From assembly GCF_031769215.1 (NCBI RefSeq), contig NW_026781935.1:1-64000 (forward strand): a stretch of DNA of 64,000 bases. Reading direction: 5' to 3'. Within the stretch, counting starts at the first letter, position 1, and every line of letters starts with the position of its first letter. Positions 38,083-47,901 of the stretch are shown here, one piece after another. Source of the stretch: Ylistrum balloti (lineage: Eukaryota). The translations under genes were made by a program, and so were the position numbers. The notes under the pieces are model-generated. The model had not been told where the DNA came from. It made no database searches and saw only the letters and a program-made list of their open reading frames with translations.

Positions 38083-39594
38083 ATGTTTAAGTTTTTAAAA
38101 AAAATTCTCCTTCCACAAACCAGATCCTTTCTTTCTAAAGAGTTTAAAAAGAAACACTTGGTTGATGAGAAAAAACAGGAAGAAATCAAAAAATTCAAGC
38201 AATCCATTAACGATCGGCTTACTGATATTTTCCACTCTTCATCATCTTCTTCTGGAATTCGAATAAATCACAAGAAAAATCTTAGAAAAAAGAAAATTTC
38301 TAACTCCAACAGCTCTAGAGATGGCAATGGTTTTTCTGAAAAAAATTCGAGGATGCACAGGTTTAATCGATCTAAGAGTTTTCCTAAAAAACCTCAACTA
38401 AGTTCAGTGACCCCTTCTTCCATTTCTCACACAGGGCAAGCTAATACCTCTTTATTTAACCCTGATCTCTCTTTTGAAGAATTCGGCTTCTCTCCAGCCT
38501 TAATCCAATCTTTAACGGAATTGAACTTCATCCATCCCTCTGAAGTTCAAGAAAAGACCATTCCTTCTATTTTGGAAGGCAAGAATGTCATCTGTTCTTC
38601 ACAAACTGGCTCGGGCAAGACATTGGCTTTCACTATTCCTATTATTGAGAAATGGATTAAAAAGGAAATCTCCCAAGTTGTTATTCTCTCTCCCACACGT
38701 GAGATAGCTATTCAAATTGAGTCAGTTATTAAACAATTCAGTAAACTATGTAATTTCAATATTGGACTTGCCATTGGAGGAATGGATATGCTGGTCCAAA
38801 AACAAATTCTCAGAAGTTATCCAGAAATTTTAATCGCTACTCCAGGAAGAATGGTCGATGTTTTATCTCAGGGACTCATTTGGATAGATTACACTTCATT
38901 AGTTGTGATGGATGAAGTAGATAGGATGTTGGACATGGGTTTTGAAAAAGACATTTCTATTTTGTTTAAAGCGTTCCCCAAAAACATCCAATCTCTCATG
39001 TTTACTGCGACTTTTGACGAGCCTACTGAAAAAATTGCCAAGAATTATGTCAAGGACTACGAAGTCATTAAGATCGGTGAAACCATGAAAACGAAGGAAA
39101 GTATTGATCATCTTTTCTTCTCTATTGAAAACAAAGATAAATATAATACACTCAAGCTCTTGCTTAAAAAAAAGTTCAACTCTAAAGTACTTATTTTCTT
39201 TAATTCGATTGATGAGACTATATCAGTTTTTAAGAAACTTAAAAAAGATAGATTCAGAGCAACGGACTGCCTCCATTCTAAAAAAAGTCAGGAAGAAAGG
39301 AATGCGGTTTTAAATGATTTTCGAAATGACAAAATCAATCACCTTCTTTCTACGGATGTTCTAGCACGGGGTGTGGATATTCCAAATATCGACTTGGTGA
39401 TTAACTATGAACTGCCTTATGATTCGGAAGATTATATTCACCGTATTGGAAGAACAGGTCGTGCAGATTATTTGGGGAAGGCACTTAGTTTTGTTGAACA
39501 CAAGAGCAAACATAAGCTAAAAAAAATTAAACAAATTGTAAAATCTTCTCAAGGGTTTAATTTTATTAAAAATGATCTATTGAAGCATTTTTAA
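38083..39594 (+). CDS. DEAD-box RNA helicase with basic N-terminal extension
   Basis: Q motif, QTGSGKT, PTRE, TPGR, DEVDRMLDMGF, TAT, ARGVD, HRIGRTGR. Confidence 0.95.
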   Translation: MFKFLKKILLPQTRSFLSKEFKKKHLVDEKKQEEIKKFKQSINDRLTDIFHSSSSSSGIRINHKKNLRKKKISNSNSSRDGNGFSEKNSRMHRFNRSKSFPKKPQLSSVTPSSISHTGQANTSLFNPDLSFEEFGFSPALIQSLTELNFIHPSEVQEKTIPSILEGKNVICSSQTGSGKTLAFTIPIIEKWIKKEISQVVILSPTREIAIQIESVIKQFSKLCNFNIGLAIGGMDMLVQKQILRSYPEILIATPGRMVDVLSQGLIWIDYTSLVVMDEVDRMLDMGFEKDISILFKAFPKNIQSLMFTATFDEPTEKIAKNYVKDYEVIKIGETMKTKESIDHLFFSIENKDKYNTLKLLLKKKFNSKVLIFFNSIDETISVFKKLKKDRFRATDCLHSKKSQEERNAVLNDFRNDKINHLLSTDVLARGVDIPNIDLVINYELPYDSEDYIHRIGRTGRADYLGKALSFVEHKSKHKLKKIKQIVKSSQGFNFIKNDLLKHF

Positions 39595-39637
39595 AGCATT
39601 TGGAAAAGTATTTTAATAAAAAAAAGAGGAAATACCA

Positions 39638-40114
39638 ATGAGTAAAACAGATTACAACATCACCAGGAACCTCAAAGAAACCGATTTTAAGGCATTGTGT
39701 CATTTTTTTGATAAAAACAATCTTGAAGAATTTCATTTAAATGAAGATGGAATGGAAATTACCTTAAAAGCTGCTTCTACACCTAATCAACTAACTTTAC
39801 AATCATCTTCAACAACAGAACAGATCAAACCTGTAAGAAAGGATGAGCCTATAAAAAAAGAAGAGACCGACATCTTGGATGCTCAGGCAGTACTCACTCC
39901 TATATCAGGGACTTTTTATGCATCACCGTCTCCCGATAAAGAAAATTTTGTTAAAGAAGGTGACAAGATAAAAAAGGGAGATAAACTTTGCATTGTTGAA
40001 GCGATGAAGGTCATGAATGAAATAGAATCCCCTTATTCAGGTAAGGTGGTTACAATTTTAGTGAAAGATGGTGAAACGGTCAAAAGCGGTCAAAAAATCA
40101 TGCTGATTAAATAG
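39638..40114 (+). CDS. accB: Biotin carboxyl carrier protein
   Basis: TPISGTFY, biotinylation site EAMKVMN; SD AGAGGA. Confidence 0.95.
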   Translation: MSKTDYNITRNLKETDFKALCHFFDKNNLEEFHLNEDGMEITLKAASTPNQLTLQSSSTTEQIKPVRKDEPIKKEETDILDAQAVLTPISGTFYASPSPDKENFVKEGDKIKKGDKLCIVEAMKVMNEIESPYSGKVVTILVKDGETVKSGQKIMLIK

Positions 40115-40129
40115 TGCATTAACCCAGCA

Positions 40130-41365
40130 TTGGACTTTCTTCGTTTAACTTGCTTCAACTTTTTTAAAACCACTAAACCCCAATTCAGACGACCTGTTTT
40201 TTCATTTATCATTGGTTTTTTGCTTCTTTTAATGACAGGAAGTCTTTTTGCTAATTCCATCAACCAAGCTATTGGTTTCATTCCTATCCCTAGGAGTTTG
40301 GTCGGTTATAGAACTTGGCAAAGTATTGAACAACCGACTGTGAAAATCATCTTACAACTTACATCAACTGGAAAATTGAAAAAACAATCTCAGTTATCCA
40401 TTAAAGCCAAAGGTGCAGTTCAAATGAAAATCAGTAACGATCCTAAATTTGAGAATTATCGATGGTTGGAATATAAAGAAGAGCAACCGTGGATACTGGA
40501 TTTAAATAAAGAGATCATTACCGTTTATGCAGTATTTCGATATTTTAATAAGAAAAATAACCGTTATGAGATCTCTCCGATTGTGCATGACTCCATTAAG
40601 AAAGATAATCCCAGTAGAAAAGTTACCGCTACTCCATCAGGTTATTTTGATTGGAGTGAACTTACTTTGCATTCTCAAGTTACTCTTTCCTCAAAAAAAC
40701 CTATTCAAAAATATCAACAGAACTTGAGCTTTGTTGAATTACAACAACAAGCAGAAAACTTTGTTGAAAAAAATAGCTATCAACTCTTCCTGCAACTACC
40801 GATCAACTCCAAGTATTCTATAAAAGACTTTTTAATCAACAATCAAAATTACTCTCCTTTCTTTAAAGAAAAATTTAGTCAAATGGATTTAGAGAAAGTC
40901 ACTTATCCTTCTACTTCATCGATCTTAATACAAAAGAAGTTACCTTTGCTCGATCTTTCATTCTCTTCAAATCGAACTATTTATGAAATTTTACTAAAGA
41001 ATAGTTTTAATTTTAAAAAAACTCCAAATTTAGAGACATTCTCCAAGAATAAAATTTTGAGTTTAGTGATTGACACACGAGGATTTCATTTTAGTCCAAC
41101 ACTTTTTGTCAATGTACTGAATGATCAAAATGAGACGGTGCTTAGTCCAGCTTTCCATTCCAAAACTGGAACTGCCTTTGTTCGTTACTATAGAGGATTG
41201 GAAGGGAAAACTTTTCCGAAAGAGAGTCTCTTGGTTCGTGCTTTAGACGTGGATCATGTCCGCGGTCGAGTCTACATTCAAAAATTTTATGGAAATCTTA
41301 TCAAAAATAATTCTGATCAGATCAGCACTATCAGTAATGGGAATTTCTACATCATCACTGACTAA
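40130..41365 (+). CDS. Hypothetical exported protein
   Basis: Signal peptide; ISND...W..Y...W.L...TVYA Ig-like module; C-terminal VIDTRG..PTLF segment. Confidence 0.6.
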   Translation: MDFLRLTCFNFFKTTKPQFRRPVFSFIIGFLLLLMTGSLFANSINQAIGFIPIPRSLVGYRTWQSIEQPTVKIILQLTSTGKLKKQSQLSIKAKGAVQMKISNDPKFENYRWLEYKEEQPWILDLNKEIITVYAVFRYFNKKNNRYEISPIVHDSIKKDNPSRKVTATPSGYFDWSELTLHSQVTLSSKKPIQKYQQNLSFVELQQQAENFVEKNSYQLFLQLPINSKYSIKDFLINNQNYSPFFKEKFSQMDLEKVTYPSTSSILIQKKLPLLDLSFSSNRTIYEILLKNSFNFKKTPNLETFSKNKILSLVIDTRGFHFSPTLFVNVLNDQNETVLSPAFHSKTGTAFVRYYRGLEGKTFPKESLLVRALDVDHVRGRVYIQKFYGNLIKNNSDQISTISNGNFYIITD

Positions 41366-41427
41366 TCACAAGTGAACTACTAAGTAAATCTAATAACAAT
41401 TATTAATTATCTTTTATGAGAAATTAC

Positions 41428-42180
41428 TTAAAGGCCAGTAGGAAGGTCAATGAAAGTAGTAGGGATAGAAAGCTCCTTAGAAATTTTTTCTCCTAATGCT
41501 TTGATACCGAGCACTTCTGTGTTGTAATGACCTCCTGATATGAGATGAATATCCAACTCCATCGCCAAATGGTAGGTTGTATGGGATGCATCTCCAGTAA
41601 TATAGGCATCACAGTTGCGCTTTTTTGCTTCTTCGATACCGAAAAGTCCTCCACCAGTACAAACTCCGATTTTTTTTATTCGCCTTTGCGAAATTGAGGT
41701 GACATGAAGTGGTTCACCAATCTTTTTTGTTAATTGATCAACTAATTCTTTTAATGAAATTGATTCTTGAGTCGTTCCCGAAAAGATGATAGGTGTTCCT
41801 TTATAATCTCCAAAAGTTTCATCATGATTAAATCCTAATGCCTTAAGGAGGAGAATATTATTACCAAATTTCAAATTAATGTCTAAAGGCAAATGATAAG
41901 CCATCAATGCTATATTATTTTCTAATAATCCCTTGATCAATGAATAGTAGCGACGAGTAATTGGAAATAGTTTCCCCCAATAAATTCCATGATGAGCGAT
42001 AATCAAGTCACCTTTTAATGTAATCGTTTTTTCGAGTAATTGCATGGAAAAATCGGTGGCGGTGATGATCTTACTTACTTTTCCATTATTTTCTACTTGA
42101 ACCCCATTGATCGCTAAATCTGGAATTGACATATCCATCTCATTTTCTAAATAACGAGCTAGTTTGTTTAATTCAATCAT
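41428..42180 (-). CDS. Nif3-like dinuclear metal-centre protein (YbgI)
   Basis: NGVQVE, IIAHHGIYW, YHLPLD, CTGGG, ITGD, GHYNTE. Confidence 0.95.
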   Translation of the reverse strand: MIELNKLARYLENEMDMSIPDLAINGVQVENNGKVSKIITATDFSMQLLEKTITLKGDLIIAHHGIYWGKLFPITRRYYSLIKGLLENNIALMAYHLPLDINLKFGNNILLLKALGFNHDETFGDYKGTPIIFSGTTQESISLKELVDQLTKKIGEPLHVTSISQRRIKKIGVCTGGGLFGIEEAKKRNCDAYITGDASHTTYHLAMELDIHLISGGHYNTEVLGIKALGEKISKELSIPTTFIDLPTGL

Positions 42181-42197
42181 GGATGGTTATCAGAAAA

Positions 42198-42271
42198 TAG
42201 GATTGAGAGGATTCGAACCTCCGACCCCCGGTTTAGGAAACCAGTGCTCTATCCAGCTGAGCTACAACCCC
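42198..42271 (-). tRNA. tRNA-Arg (anticodon CCU), CCA not encoded
   Basis: GGGGTTGTAGCTCAGCTGGATAGAGCACTGGTTTCCTAAACCGGGGGTCGGAGGTTCGAATCCTCTCAATCCTA folds as a cloverleaf; A20 present. Confidence 0.97.
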
Positions 42272-42324
42272 ATTTTATCAATTTTAACATAATGAAAATA
42301 AATTTGAAATGGGCGGTTCTTTCA

Positions 42325-42333
42325 TGATATAAT
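42325..42333 (+). promoter_or_regulatory. Extended -10 element placing the transcription start at or near the secG ATG
   Basis: TGATATAAT ends 7 nt before the ATG at 42341; no SD. Confidence 0.55.
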
Positions 42334-42340
42334 AAAAGCC

Positions 42341-42673
42341 ATGACTTTATCTGTTATTATTTATATTATTATTTGTGTGATAGCAATTATTGTATTCCTT
42401 CTTCAGCAGTCTGAAAAAGGAGGAATGGGAGTCATTGGAGGTTACAGTAATACTATCCTGGGTACTTCAAGAATGTCTTTCATGGCTAAGGTCGCCACTT
42501 TTTTTTCTGTTTTATTTCTAACTAGTGCTCTCTTTCTATCTATCATTAGTAGTGGAAATAAATCTATTTTAAAGGATTTTGAGGAAATCTCTTCACCTGA
42601 AGAGGTTACAGAAGAAAGTCTTGACTCACTTCTTCCAGATGAAACACCTCCCGTATCCAATACCAATCAATAA
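42341..42673 (+). CDS. secG: Preprotein translocase subunit SecG
   Basis: Two TM helices with LLQQSEKGGMG...GGYSNTILG...MAKVAT and an acidic tail. Confidence 0.88.
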   Translation: MTLSVIIYIIICVIAIIVFLLQQSEKGGMGVIGGYSNTILGTSRMSFMAKVATFFSVLFLTSALFLSIISSGNKSILKDFEEISSPEEVTEESLDSLLPDETPPVSNTNQ

Positions 42674-42676
42674 TTA

Positions 42677-43660
42677 TTGAATACTAAAAACTCTTCTACT
42701 AACCCCAATTCTGCTACCAAGATCAACCTTTCTAAGTCAGTTTCTATCAAGGAAATTTTAATTATATTTATCAAAGGTTTCACTATGGGAATTGCCGATT
42801 TGATTCCTGGAATTTCTGGATCAACTATTGCCCTTATTCTCAAAGTCTACCACCGTTTTATCACAAGTATCAAGAACATTATTAGTCCTATAAGCATTCA
42901 ATTGCTTCTTTCATTTCAATTAAAGAAACTATTTGACCATATCAATCTTTTTTTCATTGCACCACTTTTAATTGGTCTTTTCTCCTGTATCTTTACTCTT
43001 TCCCATTTCATTTCTTCACTTTTAGAAAACTATCCAATTCAATTTTGGTCGTTTTTCTTTGGATTAATTCTCTCTTCTTCGATTCAACTTCCCGATTACA
43101 CGACAATTCGTCAGGCAAAGAAAGCCATTTTAGTTTTGTTAGGTCTTTTATCTGGCTATCTCATGGTTAGTCTTACTCCTCAACAAACTCCTGAGACAAC
43201 TTGGATGATTTTCATTACTGGCATGATATCCATATCGACCATGCTTTTGCCTGGAATTTCAGGGAGTTTTATGTTAGTAATTATTGGAAAATACGAATTT
43301 ATGATCAACGCCATTAAATCTTTAAATCTAAGTGTCTTGATCCCTTTTTCTTTTGGAGGCTTTGCAGTTGTCGTTATTCTTCCTAGAATCATTAATTGGG
43401 TATTCAAAAAGAATAAAGAGTACTTTATTATCTTTATTGCTGGATTCCTCATTGGCTCGATTAAAAAAATATGGCCTTGGCAAATCACGGAACCTGTAAC
43501 TTCGACATCGCATGCCGTTTCGCCATTTTATTATGAATTAATTCTTGGCAAAAATCCCTACTTGATCTCATCTGTATTTTTCTTCATTCTTGGAATACTT
43601 GTTATTTTAGCAGTTCATCAATTAGATCGGTATTCCGTGAAGAACATAGAAAAATCTTAA
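42677..43660 (+). CDS. DUF368 family (undecaprenyl-phosphate transporter)
   Basis: KGFTMGIADLIPGISGSTIA, FFFGLIL, MLLPGISGSFML, GSIKKIWPW. Confidence 0.9.
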   Translation: MNTKNSSTNPNSATKINLSKSVSIKEILIIFIKGFTMGIADLIPGISGSTIALILKVYHRFITSIKNIISPISIQLLLSFQLKKLFDHINLFFIAPLLIGLFSCIFTLSHFISSLLENYPIQFWSFFFGLILSSSIQLPDYTTIRQAKKAILVLLGLLSGYLMVSLTPQQTPETTWMIFITGMISISTMLLPGISGSFMLVIIGKYEFMINAIKSLNLSVLIPFSFGGFAVVVILPRIINWVFKKNKEYFIIFIAGFLIGSIKKIWPWQITEPVTSTSHAVSPFYYELILGKNPYLISSVFFFILGILVILAVHQLDRYSVKNIEKS

Positions 43661-43662
43661 AA

Positions 43663-44619
43663 TTGAAAGCTATTATTTTCTCTCATTTATTTGAAAGAGA
43701 AAAAGAAGTTTTTACAAACTCAAAGGTCCGTTTCATCGTTTGTCCGAAAAGAGATGAAAATCAATTCATTAAATTCCAAAAAAGACATCAAGCTAGAGCC
43801 GTCGTTATCGACTCTAGAAAACTAAGTGATCAATTTTTTGAGAACTTGCTTCCTAACACGCTTATCATGAGGTTTGGAGTTGGAATTAATAACTTGCCTG
43901 TTAACCTGTGTAAACGGCTGGGTCATTACATCGCTGCAACTCCAGGGACTTCAATAGTTTCAGTTAGTGAATATGTGATTACTCAAATGATTTTACTCTC
44001 TCGACAAATTTTAAAATCTGATAGTAGTCTTAAATCTCAAAAATGGGATCGAATCATTGGAAGTGAAATTCAAGGAAAAACCTTAGCTATATTGGGATTA
44101 GGAAACACTGGGAAAGACTTAGCTAAGAAAGCCAAACTTGGATTTGGAATGAAAACTATTGGTATGGTTAAAAAAGAAACAAAAAAGAAAATTGTAAAGA
44201 ACATGAAGCCTCTTCTTTATATTGACAAAGTGACAGACAACCTCAAAGATGCGGTCAGTCAAGCTGATTTTGTATCTATCCATTTAAGCTTAAATACGCA
44301 AAATGAAAATATTATTAATAATGAAAGCCTTAGTTTTTTCAAGAGAAATGCAGTTTTAATTAACACTTCAAGGGGTCGGCTTATTGACGAAAATGCTTTG
44401 TATTATTATTTAGAAAAAAAAAAAATCAAAGGAGCTGCTTTGGATGTCTTTATTCATGAACCCTATTGTGGACTTTCAAAGAAATACGATTTAAGAAAGT
44501 TAGACAATATTATTCTAACACCCCATATTGCAAGTAACACCGTTGAAGCTAATTATCGTACTGCTAGAATGGTGATCAAAAAGATTACCGATTTTCATAG
44601 AAAACTGAAATTAAATTGA
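43663..44619 (+). CDS. D-isomer-specific 2-hydroxyacid dehydrogenase
   Basis: RFGVGINN, GLGNTG, INTSRG, LDVFIHEP, LTPHIAS. Confidence 0.93.
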   Translation: MKAIIFSHLFEREKEVFTNSKVRFIVCPKRDENQFIKFQKRHQARAVVIDSRKLSDQFFENLLPNTLIMRFGVGINNLPVNLCKRLGHYIAATPGTSIVSVSEYVITQMILLSRQILKSDSSLKSQKWDRIIGSEIQGKTLAILGLGNTGKDLAKKAKLGFGMKTIGMVKKETKKKIVKNMKPLLYIDKVTDNLKDAVSQADFVSIHLSLNTQNENIINNESLSFFKRNAVLINTSRGRLIDENALYYYLEKKKIKGAALDVFIHEPYCGLSKKYDLRKLDNIILTPHIASNTVEANYRTARMVIKKITDFHRKLKLN

Positions 44620-44644
44620 CCCCTGTTATTAATATTCACAAACT

Positions 44645-45358
44645 TTACCGTGATTTATAATATAAATACTCATTAAAGTACTTTAAGGTCTTCTCGTCAT
44701 CTCTTTGTTCAATATACCATCGAGTGAGTTGAATGTATCGATCTTGGAGATGCCTTATTGCTTTTGCTTTAATTTCTTCATCACCATCTTCCGTATTTAA
44801 AACCATTTTTAATATCTCTTCAGATTTCGTTTGATAATTCATATCATTAAGAACTAAGCCTAGTTTTAAAAGTCCTTCAAGACCAAAATTTGAATTGAAA
44901 TGAACATTAACTACATAGATATAAAAATGATAAGCTTCTTTCAAGTTATTAGCTTTTTCTTTGAAATCACCTAAGAGAATTGCTGCCCAAGCAGCTTCAG
45001 CATTGAAGTTATTTCGAGTGATAATGTCTATTAAGATAGAGCGAAAGTTTTCGATATTATTTTGTTTTTCATAGACTAGTGCTGATTCAATTCTCCTAAT
45101 AAGTCTTTCAGCATTTGTGCTAACATAATCTTTCTGATAAGTAGAAATCGGCAATGCACCTTGTGGTTTGATTTTTCTTAAATCGTAAGGAATTTCTTTG
45201 TAGGGTTCAACAAGTGGTGCTTTCATAATTAACTCCATATCATCAGTAGGAATGATGGTTGACTCATTTGTGACCGTATTAGACCAAAGTGTGAAAGAGC
45301 AAATTACGAAAAAAAATGATGAGATTAAAAAGAATTTAAATAAAAAGTTTCTCATCAT
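44645..45358 (-). CDS. Exported TPR protein (BamD/CpoB-like helices)
   Basis: Signal peptide; TPR pairs AAWAAILLG..., GLLKLGLVL. Confidence 0.65.
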   Translation of the reverse strand: MMRNFLFKFFLISSFFFVICSFTLWSNTVTNESTIIPTDDMELIMKAPLVEPYKEIPYDLRKIKPQGALPISTYQKDYVSTNAERLIRRIESALVYEKQNNIENFRSILIDIITRNNFNAEAAWAAILLGDFKEKANNLKEAYHFYIYVVNVHFNSNFGLEGLLKLGLVLNDMNYQTKSEEILKMVLNTEDGDEEIKAKAIRHLQDRYIQLTRWYIEQRDDEKTLKYFNEYLYYKSR

Positions 45359-45361
45359 CTA

Positions 45362-46180
45362 TCAAAAATCAATTAAAGCTCTTACGAAAGGTCTAAAAAT
45401 TAAAATGTTATCAGGAAAAAAAGTTATTCCTAATCCTACATATTTATATAGGAATTCAAATTTTGCACTGAATCTTAATAGCTCAGGGTTGAAATTAACA
45501 CTCAATAGGCTTTCCCAACTACTTCCAGGAATAAGAAAAGTTATTCCAACGAAAATATCGTGAAGCATCCAGTTCCGTTCAATCTTTTTTTCTTGGAGGG
45601 TGGCTTGATACTGATTGAAAACACTGTCTGGGAAATCTATAGTGAGCATTCCATGGCTGAAACGATAGCCAGAAAAAAACTTAAAGTTGGTCTTAAATGA
45701 CTTAGCCGTACCGACAAAGCCTGAAAAATTTTGCAGTTTAACTTCTTTTAAAAGCAGTCCGTAATCACCTTTAATTGTAGATCCGTACATCGGGACATAA
45801 AAGAAGTGGCCAAAACCTAAATAAAATTCAGGAATGAAAATGCTTTCCCTAACCGCGGTGGCTTTTATACTGTAATTGATTATGGATAGGGCGATGGAGG
45901 TAAGATTAATAGAAGCGGAAAATCTTTTATCCCAAAAACTTTTAAAGATGTCATCGGTTTTTCGATTGACGACTTGCCTCCATTCTGCTGGCATGTGTTT
46001 TTTCCCGTGAATTGGATTGTAGTTATCAAGTTCGTACTGGAAACTTTGGAAAAAAAGTTCAGGAGATTCAGCAAATTTTATTAACGATGGATAGACTTTT
46101 ATTGTCTCCAAAAAATTGGCCTTTAAGCCCAACACGACCAGAAGAAATAAAATTAATAATAGTTTTTTTATTTTCTTCAT
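45362..46180 (-). CDS. Hypothetical exported protein, possible outer-membrane beta-barrel
   Basis: Signal peptide; alternating aromatic/hydrophobic strands; C-terminal Phe. Confidence 0.55.
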   Translation of the reverse strand: MKKIKKLLLILFLLVVLGLKANFLETIKVYPSLIKFAESPELFFQSFQYELDNYNPIHGKKHMPAEWRQVVNRKTDDIFKSFWDKRFSASINLTSIALSIINYSIKATAVRESIFIPEFYLGFGHFFYVPMYGSTIKGDYGLLLKEVKLQNFSGFVGTAKSFKTNFKFFSGYRFSHGMLTIDFPDSVFNQYQATLQEKKIERNWMLHDIFVGITFLIPGSSWESLLSVNFNPELLRFSAKFEFLYKYVGLGITFFPDNILIFRPFVRALIDF

Positions 46181-46241
46181 TTTTATTAAATTATTGTCTA
46201 TTGATCAATAATTTAATATATGGATATTACGGCCATATTAA

Positions 46242-46943
46242 TTAAATACTAAGGATTTTATCCAAAGTACTTTTCAATGATTCTGCTACTTTTTGTCCGA
46301 GTAAATCATAAATTTTTTCGATCTCTTGATAATGATTCCTTTCAACAGGTTGAAGATTGATTTCCTTATTTTTAATTAAATAAGGAGACTCTTTGTCGAA
46401 TTCTATATAAGGTGAAAAATGATTGATTTCTTCTCTCCAAATAACTTTCCCTTGCGATGAATAAATTCTAAAAAACCCAACTACATTTTGATTCCAAATT
46501 GAAGTTTTAATTTCAATGGTAGCATAAGCATAACCATTGATTTTAGAATGATTGTTTTTTATCCATTTAGAGTTTAATGATTCCGCTAAGGCCTCTTCTC
46601 CTAAGGGAATGAGTTTTTCGTTACTGTTTTCAAAAAGACTTGTTTGTTTATCAGAGGGGAGCATTTTAAGTGAAATATTATTAGTATTATCATTAAAATT
46701 TTTAATAACTCCATTTATGAATTTTTCATTAATGACTGAACTTGAATAATAGACGACATTGTTCTGATAAGAATCACTTTCATTATTAATCATAACGCTT
46801 AAAAGGTAAATCTCTTTAACTTGTTTAAAGGAGCTTTTATCAAAATAGACATATCGATATTTAGAGCAAGAATTAATAGCAATCGTTGACAGTGTAAAGA
46901 AAATAAATGGAATTAAAAAACCCGTTTTAAAAATATTTTTCAT
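46242..46943 (-). CDS. Hypothetical lipoprotein
   Basis: Signal peptide ending in lipobox INSC. Confidence 0.65.
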   Translation of the reverse strand: MKNIFKTGFLIPFIFFTLSTIAINSCSKYRYVYFDKSSFKQVKEIYLLSVMINNESDSYQNNVVYYSSSVINEKFINGVIKNFNDNTNNISLKMLPSDKQTSLFENSNEKLIPLGEEALAESLNSKWIKNNHSKINGYAYATIEIKTSIWNQNVVGFFRIYSSQGKVIWREEINHFSPYIEFDKESPYLIKNKEINLQPVERNHYQEIEKIYDLLGQKVAESLKSTLDKILSI

Positions 46944-46944
46944 A

Positions 46945-47637
46945 TTATAGTCTATTTAATAAAATTTGACGGTAAAATGATTGCCCCCTATTAAGCTCTT
47001 TAATTTTACGAATGATTTTTTCTTTTTCCGTATTCTCACTTAAGTTTAAAATACATTGAAGAGAAGATTCAAAAACATAAGAGTTGGGGTGAGATAAATT
47101 ATTTAGACAGGTATCCAAGAAATCTGAAGGGTTACTTATCATTTTTTTTTGATACCTTTGAATCGTTAGTTTAGATAATAAGATGATGTTTTCTGGATTG
47201 CTTTGAGTGTTATTTAAATTTTGCAGATAAGCGTCATTTACTTGATTATTTTGCGATAGAAGTAGATTGTAAAAAACAATGTTTTTTAGATTGAACCCAA
47301 TACTTTTTTCTGCTAACTCCAAAAAATAAATTTCCAAATCCCTTAAAGCTATTTCCTCTTCTTGAGATTTTTTTGTATTAATCAAATTTCGATAGTAGTT
47401 ACCTAACTGTACCAAGGCATTTGCTGCAAGGTCACGATTTTCTTTTTCAACAACTCTTTTCAAAGAATCAATGTAACGGAAATCATATTGAGTATAGGCT
47501 TTTCTGATCTCACTATGATTGAGGATGATGTAGCTTTTTTGACAGTTAAAGAGGAGTAGCAGAAAAAGAAATCCATTTAAAAATACAAAGGATGAGCTCC
47601 TAATTCGGGAAGAACAAAGTAAAAAATGAAACAACAA
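46945..47637 (-). CDS. Hypothetical lipoprotein, helical
   Basis: Hydrophobic stretch ending LFNC; tightly packed in the operon. Confidence 0.55.
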   Translation of the reverse strand: MLFHFLLCSSRIRSSSFVFLNGFLFLLLLFNCQKSYIILNHSEIRKAYTQYDFRYIDSLKRVVEKENRDLAANALVQLGNYYRNLINTKKSQEEEIALRDLEIYFLELAEKSIGFNLKNIVFYNLLLSQNNQVNDAYLQNLNNTQSNPENIILLSKLTIQRYQKKMISNPSDFLDTCLNNLSHPNSYVFESSLQCILNLSENTEKEKIIRKIKELNRGQSFYRQILLNRL

Positions 47638-47892
47638 CTAAACCTTGACTATAACCTGACCTTTTAGGATTCTACATTGACAAAGAAGTCTTTCATTGTC
47701 ATGCAATCCGAATATTTCTTCCTGTTCATTTAGAGGGGTGAGGTTCTCCATTCCTTCTTGAATTTCGACTAAACAAGTTCCACAATTACCTTCAGTGCAG
47801 CTAAAAGGAACACCAATTTTCTCCCCAGCTTCAACAAGAGAGTGGTTTGCTTCCACTTCTACACTCTTTTTACCATTACTAAGTTGTACCAT
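47638..47892 (-). CDS. [2Fe-2S] ferredoxin
   Basis: FSCTEGNCGTC...RLLCQ cysteine pattern; 84 aa. Confidence 0.93.
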   Translation of the reverse strand: MVQLSNGKKSVEVEANHSLVEAGEKIGVPFSCTEGNCGTCLVEIQEGMENLTPLNEQEEIFGLHDNERLLCQCRILKGQVIVKV

Positions 47893-47901
47893 TTTAAAAA
47901 A

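Noticed and set aside
42282-42309. dif-like site (TTATGTTAAAA on the minus strand)
   Set aside because: Only the XerD-like arm matches; the XerC arm lacks the ATAA end, and the sequence sits in the tRNA promoter region
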